DNA of 63,568 bases, counting the filler, from Trichomonas gallinae (taxonomy: Eukaryota): NCBI GenBank assembly GCA_008369845.1. It is 10 parts of 10 records of this genome, joined end to end, with 100 filler letters (N's around TTAATTAATTAA, not from the genome) between each part and the next. Parts side by side here need not be neighbours in the genome. Positions count along the whole stretch, not along the records: positions 2,261 to 23,251 come from MRSU01000005.1; 9 more parts are not named here. One strand, written 5' to 3'. The translations under genes were made by a program, and so were the position numbers. Under the pieces are notes generated by a model that was not told the DNA's origin, did not search any database, and saw only the letters and a program-made list of their open reading frames with translations. This document shows, piece by piece, positions 9,155 through 20,900 of the stretch (position 1 is its first letter; every line of letters starts with the position of its first letter).

Positions 9155-12100
9155 CTAGTCCAATTCGTCAACGATTTTCTCGATTGTTTCAAATTCGACT
9201 GAAACTCCATTCACTTTTGATTTTAGTTGTTCTCTGACTCCATACTCGCTAATCTTGAGGCAGTCATCAATGGCAAACAATGTTTTTGGTTTCGCTGCGA
9301 AAAGTGAAGTTGTTATCGTCTTCATTTTATTTTCATCAATGGATATAAATGGTTCTGACGTGATCTCTACATCAGCTGAGAAATTTGTTCTTTCAATGAC
9401 GATAGACAATAAGGGTGATGAAGCGTGTTTTACCAACAAACTCGATTTCGGAGGTAATGCGCTTGCCACGAAATCCCTGATAAACAAAATCGGTATATTT
9501 CTGTCATCCGCAACGCAAATGAAATAAATTTGTGAGCCATCGCATTTTATGATGTTAACTGTTGAATAAAACTGTATAAGATTGTGCGCGCTGAGGAATA
9601 TCTGGTCTGATCTTGAATTATACTCAGTAATATCATAACTGGCAACAATAAGGAAAATTTCTCCCGGCCTGTAAGTTCTCAAATTGTTGTTGCAAAAAAG
9701 TTTTGCCATTTGCTGTGGTATGTGTTTTTGCAATATATTGTTGATAGGGTTGTTATATGTGGCACCTGACATTTCATCTAGCAAAGCAATCCTCTCAACT
9801 CTGCCACATTCGAACGAAGACTCAACGAATTTTTTAGTTTTGTGTGGATTTATTTTGAATAATCTTATGTTCGAATTCTCGTCTTCTTTTTCAAAAACTT
9901 CGTCATATTTTTTGCCAATAATATCTATGTCAGAAATTGATATCAAATCTTCGCAGTTTGGTGATATGTGATTGATATATCTCGAGTTGCTTGAAACTAC
10001 TAACTCCAAAATATTGCTGGGGAGTTTTTCTTCAGGCGCAGCATCTTTCGGTTTGTTCAAGTCATCCAAATAACCTCTCGGGAAGTGGAAGAGTGAGTCG
10101 AAGCCAAGATTCAAGTCCTTCTCCATGTGATACATAGCAATAAGACATAATATCCACAGCTCGTAAGCCAAAATACTCCAAGCAAACCAGCCAGTCAACG
10201 AATATGAATTGATTTTGTTCGCCTCTTCTATATAAGGAATCATCATTTTGGAATAATGAGATAATTTTTGCGTATACTTATCTGGAATTCTCTCTGATAT
10301 ATTCTTGACGGTTATGTTTATGTAGAGCTCTCTTGGAAGAGTAAAAAACTGGTCTATGTCGTCTTTGAGTTTGAGCAAATAAATGTTGTTGTTTTTCTGC
10401 TGGAAATCAATAACAAATGTCGAAATGTGGATGATTGTGATTGCTGGTAACCATGGAGTTAAGAACAAGCAAAAAATAACTAAGCCAAAATAGTTGAACT
10501 CCTTTTTGACGGAGTCAACTGTGTTGGAAACAATATCCATGCCTTCTACATTCTCTTTTAGAACATAATCATCGCCGCTGTTCGATGCTGATTCGCTCCA
10601 ATCACCATGGTCATTTAGATTTTTAGGAATCGGAGATGTTGGACCCAAAAATCTGTTCATTAAACCAAAGCTGCTGACTTTTAGATATTTCTCGTCTGTT
10701 CCCAAAAATGAAATAGCGAGCTTTGCATCTTTTAGAGAGAAATGCTGTGATTTTAGCGGAGGAACATAATCGCTTTTTGTCGAAGCTTTGTTGATGATTT
10801 TTGGGATTTTCTCGCGTTTTATCGATGTTGGTTTCTCTTTAGGCTGCTCATGGAATAGTATCTTAAACAAGTCGTAGCTTTCTAGTGACTTCTTCAGCAA
10901 AAGAAAGCTCAATCTTTCTTTCGAAGCCAAGAATCTGACAGCTTCAGCTGGAATGTCATTCAATGCTGTTCTCAGCAAGTTAAAAGTGACACCGAATGTC
11001 ACCATTGAGCCAATGAATGCTATAACTACATATAGAAGGAACAGATTAAAGTGGTTCTTGTTGAAATCAACTTTGAGAACTTCGGAAACATTTTTGTGGA
11101 AATAATTATAATTGATTTTGATTGAATCTAAAGTTTCCATAACTAATTTCGAAGAATTTCGTAATTCTTTACAGGTTGATCTTGATACATAATCACTCAG
11201 GAATGATAGTGTTGATGTATATAAGTTATATTCATCTTTGACTATATATGAGAGACCAATTATATCTACATAAATGTCTTTGATGGAATTTATACATTCT
11301 TCGTCAAATGAAATGTTCGATTTATCGATAATTTCTTTTAGATAGATACCAGCTGTCAGTCTTTTATATAATCTTATTGTGTCAGAAACAATACCTTTGA
11401 TGTTGTTTACTCCATCAGCTATTTTTCTTTGATCTATGTTAGTGAAATTAGTATAGTAAACTGCATACAGAATTGTCAAAATAAAAGAAATTACAATTCC
11501 GTGTGTTTTGAAGTGCTTTGATTTTTCGACAAACATTGCAATGTAGCTTGTATCTTTGCTCTCTTCTCTATATATTGTGTTATTATCTATATGGAATCTC
11601 AACTGTGAGAAAGTGTATTTTCCCGAAATATTAGTCGATGATTTTGTATGTGACGAAGAATGATTTGATGACGAAAACTCGCTGCTAAATCTTTCGCTTG
11701 AAATCGGATAATACTGCGCTATTCTTCTAAAGAAAGGATCTGTTATAGAACCAGGATTGTCTTTAAGAGTTGCAGCATATCTCCTGTATATTAACGATTT
11801 CATTGGCTCTGCTAAGCCTATCAACATAAATTCTGAATATGCATTATAAATGTATGGATCAGAATGGTAGAAGAAGCTTGTGTATTTTATCTGGCTGTAC
11901 ATCTCACAGTGCATTGTTGCAGCTTTTGTGGCACAAATGAAAGCCTCAAAATTGTTTTTCTTTTCCCTGGCAGCCCAAAACATTGACATCATTACTATAT
12001 AATTTCTGTGCAATCTGTCAACAATTTCGATCGTTTGGTCTGGAGCCAGTTCGTTTCCAGCCGACATTATCTTTTTGAATAGATAGAACTGATAGTTGTA

Positions 12101-13249
12101 ATACAAACTAGGCTGCTTCCAGACACTTAGCATCATGAGCAATTGATTTCGCTGAGATTTAAATATTGCGAGAAATCTTATAATTTCGATCATCGCTTCT
12201 GGGTCCTGATCGAGTTTTATTAACATGTAATTCTCGAATTCTTCAATATTTCCGTCTGTTTTTGCTGCGTATCTCAACAATAAAGCGTTTGTCACTGGTA
12301 AATACCATGGTGCAGTAGATTTTTGCAAAACTATTTTTGTGGCGTTCTTTTTGAGGTATAGCTTCAGTATCAATAATATTAAATAGTAAACTGTAAGCAT
12401 TATGACTAAAACTAGGATCGGTGGGAAATATTTGCATGGATGTAAATGACTAAGTAAAATAAATGGTGCAGCGAACGTAGGTCCATCATTTAAAAGGGAT
12501 CCGAATGCTGCTAAGTTCACTCCATAGGCGATTCTTTTTAAAATTACATAAATCACGAAAATTGGGTAAACTAAGTAAATAATGAGTTCTATGATCTCTG
12601 TATTGTATGATGCGAGAAAAATATAGCTTGCAAAAGTCATACTTCTGGCACAATATATCCACAGGTCTGTGGCTCCAGTACTTACATCCAAAACTGATGT
12701 CATTAGGAACATGCTTGGCCTAAAGAACACCATTGTGATGTATTCTGCCACTGTAAACAGTCCCATTGAGAGAAAATTTAGAAAAAAAAGTGTTAAGTTA
12801 GCGGATTTGAATGATTGGAATAGAATGATTAAAGATGCAGGCAAACAGTAACAAGCATGAACTTGGTAAATCGGAAAAATGAAGTCGAATAATAATCGAA
12901 ATCCATATAAAAAGAATTTCGATACATACTTACCGGATTTGGCGTATTGTGCTATGCAGTAAAAGCTTACTAATGTCGTTATAATGAAAACTACTTGGAA
13001 TAATAAAATAAAATTTGAATCTTCGGCAAAATATAGCCAGCTGTTAAGCAAACCAGCGTTGTTCAGGATTCTTAGGAGTGTTGGTGGTCGTGATGCTAGT
13101 TGTGTGTGTTTACAAAAGTCTAATGTGAAGAAAATATGCTGAAGAAAGCGATAAAGCTCTCTAGCCCACATCATCCACTTCGGAATAGGTGTCCGATACT
13201 TCACTTCCACCGCCAGAGGGAATAAGGAGGTGAAATAATCAAACAACAT
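9155..13249 (-). CDS. Divergent transmembrane cyclase-like protein with a degenerate catalytic domain, 1364 aa
   Basis: Intact long ORF with the same order of TM blocks, helical domain, PAS-like segment and helix (NNILQKHIPQQMAK) as its neighbour. The cyclase core is reduced to VNIIKCDGSQIYF, with no RVGIHxG motif. Confidence 0.65.
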   Translation of the reverse strand: MLFDYFTSLFPLAVEVKYRTPIPKWMMWARELYRFLQHIFFTLDFCKHTQLASRPPTLLRILNNAGLLNSWLYFAEDSNFILLFQVVFIITTLVSFYCIAQYAKSGKYVSKFFLYGFRLLFDFIFPIYQVHACYCLPASLIILFQSFKSANLTLFFLNFLSMGLFTVAEYITMVFFRPSMFLMTSVLDVSTGATDLWIYCARSMTFASYIFLASYNTEIIELIIYLVYPIFVIYVILKRIAYGVNLAAFGSLLNDGPTFAAPFILLSHLHPCKYFPPILVLVIMLTVYYLILLILKLYLKKNATKIVLQKSTAPWYLPVTNALLLRYAAKTDGNIEEFENYMLIKLDQDPEAMIEIIRFLAIFKSQRNQLLMMLSVWKQPSLYYNYQFYLFKKIMSAGNELAPDQTIEIVDRLHRNYIVMMSMFWAAREKKNNFEAFICATKAATMHCEMYSQIKYTSFFYHSDPYIYNAYSEFMLIGLAEPMKSLIYRRYAATLKDNPGSITDPFFRRIAQYYPISSERFSSEFSSSNHSSSHTKSSTNISGKYTFSQLRFHIDNNTIYREESKDTSYIAMFVEKSKHFKTHGIVISFILTILYAVYYTNFTNIDQRKIADGVNNIKGIVSDTIRLYKRLTAGIYLKEIIDKSNISFDEECINSIKDIYVDIIGLSYIVKDEYNLYTSTLSFLSDYVSRSTCKELRNSSKLVMETLDSIKINYNYFHKNVSEVLKVDFNKNHFNLFLLYVVIAFIGSMVTFGVTFNLLRTALNDIPAEAVRFLASKERLSFLLLKKSLESYDLFKILFHEQPKEKPTSIKREKIPKIINKASTKSDYVPPLKSQHFSLKDAKLAISFLGTDEKYLKVSSFGLMNRFLGPTSPIPKNLNDHGDWSESASNSGDDYVLKENVEGMDIVSNTVDSVKKEFNYFGLVIFCLFLTPWLPAITIIHISTFVIDFQQKNNNIYLLKLKDDIDQFFTLPRELYINITVKNISERIPDKYTQKLSHYSKMMIPYIEEANKINSYSLTGWFAWSILAYELWILCLIAMYHMEKDLNLGFDSLFHFPRGYLDDLNKPKDAAPEEKLPSNILELVVSSNSRYINHISPNCEDLISISDIDIIGKKYDEVFEKEDENSNIRLFKINPHKTKKFVESSFECGRVERIALLDEMSGATYNNPINNILQKHIPQQMAKLFCNNNLRTYRPGEIFLIVASYDITEYNSRSDQIFLSAHNLIQFYSTVNIIKCDGSQIYFICVADDRNIPILFIRDFVASALPPKSSLLVKHASSPLLSIVIERTNFSADVEITSEPFISIDENKMKTITTSLFAAKPKTLFAIDDCLKISEYGVREQLKSKVNGVSVEFETIEKIVDELD

Positions 13250-14233
13250 AAATTTTCAAAAAATTATATTTACATCTTCTCAAAACATTAAAAATTTATA
13301 TAACAAATCTACTCCAGAATCCAAGAAACATCTTACTATCATTTCCAATAAATCGTAAAAATATTTCAATGCTTACACAAAATATTCCAACAACCGATAA
13401 TATGTTCTCTCAAATTTTTAACTTTAAAGCTATTATCATTTTGATCTATGCCCTATTTTATCAAATATATCTGATAAACATATTATTCTTACGGGTGTGT
13501 CTTTTGATACTATTGAATTGAATATAATCGTTTATTGGATTTGACGAATTGACACTTTACATTTCAAATTTTTGCAAAATATACGGGTGCAAAAGTACCT
13601 AAAAATATGCATCTGAACTATCTTTAATATGTAAATGTTTATTTTCACTTTAAATTCCTGTTAATAATATTGAATCTAAAATAATCGTATATATTAAATT
13701 TGACATTTTGACAATTTACATAATGGAAAGCTGTTTTTCCACCAAATTTTATTTTTCATTAAAACTCTTCATTCATATGATATTTTTGTATTATACTCTA
13801 ATATATGCATCTTATACATATGTTCTATCTATATCTTTATCTATGATCTTGTGCTATAGCTTCTCATATAATTTTATGAATGACTAAAAATTTAGTTAAA
13901 AAATTGCATAAAGTGAATAAGACACTTTATAAAATTGATATGATGATAAAAAGGTCAATGGATATCATTCCAATATAACACAGGTGATATATCTATAATG
14001 TGCAAAAGATACGATGACCGTCGAAATTGAAAGATGAATTCTCTCCAAGACTCAATCACAAATCAATATGACTGGCAATTAAGCTTATTAACTATTATAT
14101 GCTTATTTTGTTGTTGTAAATGTTTGATATGTCGCTTTATATTTTATCAAAAATATATAAAAATGAGTATTTTAACTAAAAAACATAGATAGTTTTAATA
14201 TACCGCACATACAAATATAATATTGGTGTTAAA

Positions 14234-15319
14234 TTAGATCATCCCTGAATTGATTTGTAATACTTTCTTTTTCTTCAAGTTCAATAAGCGATAAAGAGAA
14301 TAATCCATGGTTTTGAGCATGAAAGCAACACCTCCAATGACAGTTAACAACTGAGACATTAAATGAAGAAATGGAGGTCGATCTTTATATAACTCAGCAG
14401 AAATTGCACTGAAATCATATAGAAAAGTTATTCCTGGAATTATTTGTTCTGGATCTGTTTTAACATGTCTATAAGCTGTGAAATTTTGTCCAAGAATATC
14501 TAAAATATAAGATGCAATGAAAAATCCTTTCTCTGTCTGAACTACATGTTGTCCATCAAGTATAGACGACTTTTGGTCGCCATATCTGAAAGAATTTATT
14601 TTGAATGTAAGATTTAAATCAGTGCCATTGATAAATGATGAAACATCGTGTATATGAGCACCTGCTTCATCATAAAATGTATATCCAGGAGCTATATGGA
14701 ATTCTCCTTGAATATAAGCAGTTTCGAATTGAATTTTAACATTACAGCCTTCTTCTTTCATAGATTGAAGCTCTTTAAGTCTACCAACGCATTGAGATAA
14801 ATCTCTTACTCTATCAAACTCCGCAACTCGAAGAACGTCTTGGCAAGTGTTGCAGCAGATATTTATAGGAAGTTTTGGGTTGTGGCAATTTCCACACCAT
14901 TCTGTTCTATTTGTATGTAATATTGTGCTGATATTTATTGTATCTATTGGAGATCCTATTTGATTTAATCTTGTAAATGTCTCAGAACGGTTAAAATATA
15001 TTGGTTCGAGTTGTGATAGTCTGTCAAGTAAGTCGAAATGCATTATATAGCATGGTGCGCGAGGAAATGTTATATCGAGAAAAAAATTTGCTCTTTGGGA
15101 TGAATTTAACGATATTGTTATGTTGTCACTTTCTGTTGGACGCGATGTATTAACAAATAAGCGTTGTCTGATTGGAGGGTGAAGATATGAATTTATTTCA
15201 ACAGCAAACAAAGCGAAAATCAAGCCAATTGTCATTAAGGATAATATGCCGCCAATATTAGTACCAATTCTATGCTCATTGTCTAATTTGACGAAAAAAT
15301 CTAATTTCCTGAATGACAT
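14234..15319 (-). CDS. ERGIC/COPII vesicle protein of the Erv41/Erv46 (ERGIC2/3) family
   Basis: N-terminal FRKLDFFVK...TNIGGILS, DITFPRAPC, CGNC...CCNTCQDV, EGC, GEFHIAPG, PGITFLYDFS and a C-terminal TM. The start is placed at MSFRK (15319) because of family alignment and an Inr-like TCATTT just upstream. Confidence 0.92.
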   Translation of the reverse strand: MSFRKLDFFVKLDNEHRIGTNIGGILSLMTIGLIFALFAVEINSYLHPPIRQRLFVNTSRPTESDNITISLNSSQRANFFLDITFPRAPCYIMHFDLLDRLSQLEPIYFNRSETFTRLNQIGSPIDTINISTILHTNRTEWCGNCHNPKLPINICCNTCQDVLRVAEFDRVRDLSQCVGRLKELQSMKEEGCNVKIQFETAYIQGEFHIAPGYTFYDEAGAHIHDVSSFINGTDLNLTFKINSFRYGDQKSSILDGQHVVQTEKGFFIASYILDILGQNFTAYRHVKTDPEQIIPGITFLYDFSAISAELYKDRPPFLHLMSQLLTVIGGVAFMLKTMDYSLYRLLNLKKKKVLQINSGMI

Positions 15320-15997
15320 TGTAAAATAAAAAATGACAAAAAATGACGAATAACAAGAATCTTCAGTTTTACATGTTTTTATGGCTATTTTCACTGTTAA
15401 ATTTGCGAAATCTGCATAAAATGATGAAAAGTAAGGAAAAATCTTTTAATAATATATAAAAATGATTGATGCAAACGTGAAAACTTCTTAATAAAGGTCC
15501 AAAAATCATTTTTATCCACAAAAATTCAATAAAATTGAATTATAATGGATTCAATCTGGATTTTAATGTTTTATATAAATTACTATTAACTGTTTAATAT
15601 ATTTTAACGATTTTTACATTTGTCACGCCCGTAAAGCTTCACAAAACGTGTTTTTAAATATATATGCATGTTAAGTATCAATTTCACAAATTAAATAAGT
15701 TTTTCTGCAATTTTTAAATATTTAAGAAATTTAAAAATCGATTGAATAAATGGTATGTATAAAAGTTTTATGGTTTACAGGCTATGAAATTGATTATTTT
15801 CAGAGATAAAAGTTGATCGCTTGATTTTGTAAATTTATGCTGCATACATGTTGTTAAACGTAATTACACTATCGATTTGATTTTATCTTTGAGTATTAAA
15901 ATGGTCATTGTTTTCAATGAGCTCATAAAAAAAATTAAATGAGCTTATTGAAAAAATTTATGTGAATTTTTGAAAATTTTTTATAAAATTAATTGGT

Positions 15998-17206
15998 ATG
16001 AAAGGCTGGCTAAAACTTGTGCGTGGAAAGGATCAGCCTAAGCTAAAAGTTTTCTGCGCTGCCAACAATAAAAGATTTGTCATCGCAAGCAATGATTCCA
16101 CTGATGAAGTATGCAAGATATATCAAGACATTCATTTTTCGCACATTATAAATGCAGTAATGGTCGATAAAACATATTTCAAAGTAGTCTGCGAAAAGAA
16201 TCACACATACACGTTCAAGGCAGATAAGGTGGATACTGCTGAGAGATGGATTGTCGCTCTCCTTCAGGATCAGCCTTGCCAGAAAATATCATTGGAGGAC
16301 TTCAATATTATCAAAACAATTGGTAGAGGTTTTTCCGGTGAAGTTTTACTCGCCGTCAAAAAATCAGATGAACAGATTTACGCGATCAAAGTTTTGCACA
16401 AAAATCAGAATGTAGAGAGAGCTATTACAGAAAGAAACGTCCTAATTAGAGCCAAAAGTCCATTTATCGTCAAATTATATTATGCATTTCAATCAAATTC
16501 GAAATTTTATTTAGTTTTAGATTATATCAATTCTGGAGATTTGGCTACATTGATTAGCAAGTCTGTCCAGAGTATTCCTGTAGATTTAGCAAAAATTATT
16601 ATCGGAGAAGTCGCTATTGCTCTTGAACACCTTCATAGCCTCAATATTATCTATCGTGATCTCAAACCTGAAAATATTTTGATTACTTCTCAAGGCCACG
16701 TTAAATTAACAGATTTTGGTATTTCACGCGAATTACCAGAGGGTGAAACAGCCAAAACTTTGTGTGGATCATATAGCTACGTAGCACCAGAAATGATTTT
16801 AGGCAAAAGATACGATACAACAATTGATTGGTGGTCATTAGGTGTTATCGCCTATCAGTTGTTCTATAACCACTTACCATTCCACGGAGAGAATGAGAAA
16901 CTCCTTTTCGATTCGATTATTTCAGATGATCCAAAACTTCCATTTATTCAGCAAGGATTACAGGAGTTTGTATCAGCTTTGCTTACTAAAGATCCAAAGA
17001 AGCGTCTTACAGATGTCTTTTCGCATCCTTTCATGGCAGATGTTACTAGAGAATCAATTTTAGAGAATGTCGACGAAGAAATATTCAAGCCGGAGAACTT
17101 TTTGGATAACAATGTCGATGGACCGAATGTTAACCAGATCCATTATCCAAACTTCTCCTTCACATACGAAGAGAACGAAGAAAGCTATTTCAGCCCAGAC
17201 TTCTAA
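15998..17206 (+). CDS. AGC family Ser/Thr kinase with an N-terminal PH-like domain (Akt/SGK-like)
   Basis: GRGFSGEV, YAIK, YRDLKPEN, DFG, TLCGSYSYVAPE and a C-terminal hydrophobic motif YPNFSFTY. The N-terminus MKGWL...YTFKADKVDTAERWIVAL is PH-like. Confidence 0.93.
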   Translation: MKGWLKLVRGKDQPKLKVFCAANNKRFVIASNDSTDEVCKIYQDIHFSHIINAVMVDKTYFKVVCEKNHTYTFKADKVDTAERWIVALLQDQPCQKISLEDFNIIKTIGRGFSGEVLLAVKKSDEQIYAIKVLHKNQNVERAITERNVLIRAKSPFIVKLYYAFQSNSKFYLVLDYINSGDLATLISKSVQSIPVDLAKIIIGEVAIALEHLHSLNIIYRDLKPENILITSQGHVKLTDFGISRELPEGETAKTLCGSYSYVAPEMILGKRYDTTIDWWSLGVIAYQLFYNHLPFHGENEKLLFDSIISDDPKLPFIQQGLQEFVSALLTKDPKKRLTDVFSHPFMADVTRESILENVDEEIFKPENFLDNNVDGPNVNQIHYPNFSFTYEENEESYFSPDF

Positions 17207-17927
17207 TTATATTGCATATTATTTATAAATTATTTGAAATTCATGGATTATTTCAAATATTTTTATCACAACACAAAAATATAATTCGAAAAGCAAACCC
17301 AAAATGTTGTATAATAAACGGATACCATGTCAAAACGTAGTCTTTTTCATTCCCATCTTTCTATTTTAATCATTTTATATCAGGAAATTTTAATCAAATG
17401 ACAAAATATACCCAAAGCTATAGAAATCAAATTTCACTCTCATTTTGATTTAAGAATTGATACGAATAAGAATCAAAAATGATTATTTCAAATTTTTCTA
17501 TTTCTAATATAGACAGAATGTAAACAATGATAATCCAATGAATATATATCATGATAAAGTATTTAACTATCCTGGTAACTGAGTTAGAAATTGAAATTCA
17601 ATCTATGAAATTGATAAACAAATGCTAATAGATATCCAAAAATAAATGTTTGAATAGATATCAATGAAAAATAGCTAAATTTGATGATATATGATATGAT
17701 AATATTTTCATCAAATAATTTTTCAAGCGATAATATATATGCAAGGAAGAATGTTTAGTTATAGAAAGTTGTATGTAATTAGGTAATGATAAGAGTAACA
17801 TCTTAAAATCAATTTTCATAAAATTTGATTAATTTTTTCAAAAAATTGAGTTGAAAATTAAATTTTTCAGGTCTTCTCTGCTCCAAATAAACAAAAACAG
17901 CAAAATTTCGAATATTTATGACAAAAA

Positions 17928-20900
17928 ATGGAGCTGCAGCCCGGAAGTTACTTTTTCGCCGGGCTGAGTGAAGTTTCTTTCACCAAAGAAGGAATCCGGC
18001 AGATATGCTTCGGGAAGCCGCAATTTTCACTCCAGTTTTTCAATCGAATTACTTCGATTTCGGCAAAAACAATATGTGGAAACCTTGCTGTCTCTTTTCC
18101 GCCTCCACAGTTCGTTATTTCGAATGATTTCCCGACATATTCTCATTTTAACTGGGCAACACAGAAAATTTCCGAATATTACGGCGGAAAGCAATATGAT
18201 AATTCCTTAGATATGATTATTTATGAATTATATACGTCTCATAACAAGCAATACACCGCAATTTACGATATTCTGACATCTGAAACCACTAAACTCGATA
18301 TAAAATCAAAGAATTTGATATATTTGTATCAAAATAACAGAAATTTGTTCATTTCGTTAATTCCAGTACTAACAAAAGCTATTGCAAAATACAAAAACGA
18401 GGAATTTTATGATTTAATTCCAAAAACAGATCTTAACATATTTTTATTATTAGATAAAAAACGATTTGAAAACATTTTTCAGACTACAATTCATGAAACA
18501 ATAATGACACAAACCAATTTAATCGTTCAATCCATAATCGAAACAAAAAATGATTTATATGTCAATGAAATACAGAGTTTACTTCTTTCAAATGATACAG
18601 ATCCTGTTCAAAAGACTCTACATATGTCTATTGTTGGATTAAAACACTTCGATGACTATGTAATTAAGCCAATTTTGAAGTTAATTCACCAATTAGAGTT
18701 CACAGCAGCTCAAAAGTTCTCTGGTGGTCATCTTCAATACTTAGTTATGGCATATGTGCTAAAATTCGAACGAATATGCGAAAACAGACAATTTTTAGAG
18801 AATTCAATCGAAATTGTTCGCAAAATCGAGTCAATCCCACCATCATTCAAGCATTTTCTCAAATATGTACAAAATGATCTCAAGATTATGAACACATTAA
18901 ATGTATTAATAGGAAGGAAATTATCTTTCGAGGATCTAGAGTACCACTCGATTCCTTACCTATGCAGGCCTATTCTCGATGGCATAGATATTGATAGTTT
19001 CATGTTCATGTACAATTTCGAGTCTTATACAAATGGTTATGCGGATTTAGATTTCACATTTCTTGTTTCTTTTTATCTGGTGATAAATTTGTTGACATGT
19101 TTTAATGAACAAAAGGTGACACAGTTGATATCATATTACAAAGACCCCATTTCTCGTTCAACAATTTTCACGGAATTATTTTCTATTTTGTTTTTGACTG
19201 ATTCCAGTGGGAATTTCGTTGTTCCGTTCGAAGTGTCCCTAAAGCTGCTTCAAATCATGTCAAACTACAAAACATATGATATTATCGACGAATATATTTC
19301 ACAAGCTTTAGCGAAGTTCAAATGTTATGATAAGAACAACTTGTCTTACCATGATCTCCTATGTCCCACTGAATCTCTTGTTCATCCACTATTAATACAG
19401 AAAAAATGGGATTTAGCATTAGAGACAGTTAAACTCTCTCCAAAGCTTCAGAAATTCGTAGATTTGTTTAAAGGCACAATTGAAAACGATTCTTCTCAAC
19501 AAAAGCTTCCTAATTTTAGTTATGCGGAAAATCTCACTCAATACTTCATAGAAACAGCTCTTTCTACAAATAACTTGGAATTAATCGAAAGATCGCTGAA
19601 ATCAAAACCAAATATTTCCGATTACCTCCAAAATCGTTACAAAATAATTATTCAGCATCCATATCACATTTTGAGCCCAATTCTTCCAACTGATCAATAT
19701 GTTACTTTGTCAAGAAGCTTTGATGCGCTTTTAATAACGCCAAATTCGATTTTTTCAAAAATTGAAAAAATTGGAAATTTCCAAATTGTCAACAATCTCA
19801 TCGATTTTATTAACATTTGCGTCGAATGTGGTATTGTCACGCCAAAGGATTTGAGGAACATGCGTCCTATGGAAAAATTAGATGAAATCATTTCGGCAGG
19901 CAAATTTGATTTGGCTTTGGAATTCTCTGGTGTCAATAGAATTGATTTCTTCCAGTATCTGTTCGTCAAATACAGAGCAAATGAAAATATTTTGAAATTA
20001 ATTTCCCCTATTTATCCAATGCCTTCATTAACAATGGCTTTGTCATCTTTATCGTCATCTGAACTCGTCAAATTCAAATCAATTGTTTTACCAAAGAATT
20101 CATCGAAATATATCGAAAAATATTATAACAGAAAGATAAATCCACCAATTGATCCGATAATTAGCGAAAACAAGGAACAAAAGCGTGCGAAAATCATAAA
20201 ATTAATTGAAAGCGATGATAAATCTTTAGATGATTATCTTTATTCAGTAGATCCTCAGTTAATTTCTGAAATAATTCTCGAAAAAGCCAAAAACATGGAA
20301 ATGACGAAATTACAGAAATATTTGGACTTCTTGGACTGTTTTGTTCCAAATCAAAAATTGATTCATATGAAAGAAATGGTTACATTGTTTTTGAGCTTGA
20401 AGAATCCACCTTCCACTCTTAATGAAGCTATACAACAGATAGATGAGTTCTTATCTCAATTAATCAGGAAAAATAAATATCGAATCGCGAAAAACTTCGC
20501 AGAACTGACAAACAAAGGAGATTTATTCGCCAAAAACATGATAGACCACGTCATCAACATTCTTTTGCATAAACACGAATCAGAAAGAGCATTAATTTAT
20601 TGCAAAGGCTTCGAAGGCCGAATTTTAGCCCAAATTGGCCCTAAAGAATATGAAAAGCGATTTGAGCTGATGAATATGTCCAGAGAACTCAGATCTTCGA
20701 ATTCTGAAGAGTTTCGCGCATTATCTGTGTATTTCAGTGTTCCTCCAAGATTGCGATCAAAACAGCCTGATATTTCGCAGATGATCGACAACATATGCAT
20801 CAAGGGCGGCATGGATGTTCTCTTTGAAATGATTGTGAGTTTTAAACTTGATATTTCAAAAATATCATCAATGGCGAACAAAGAGACCGTCAATCTTGTG

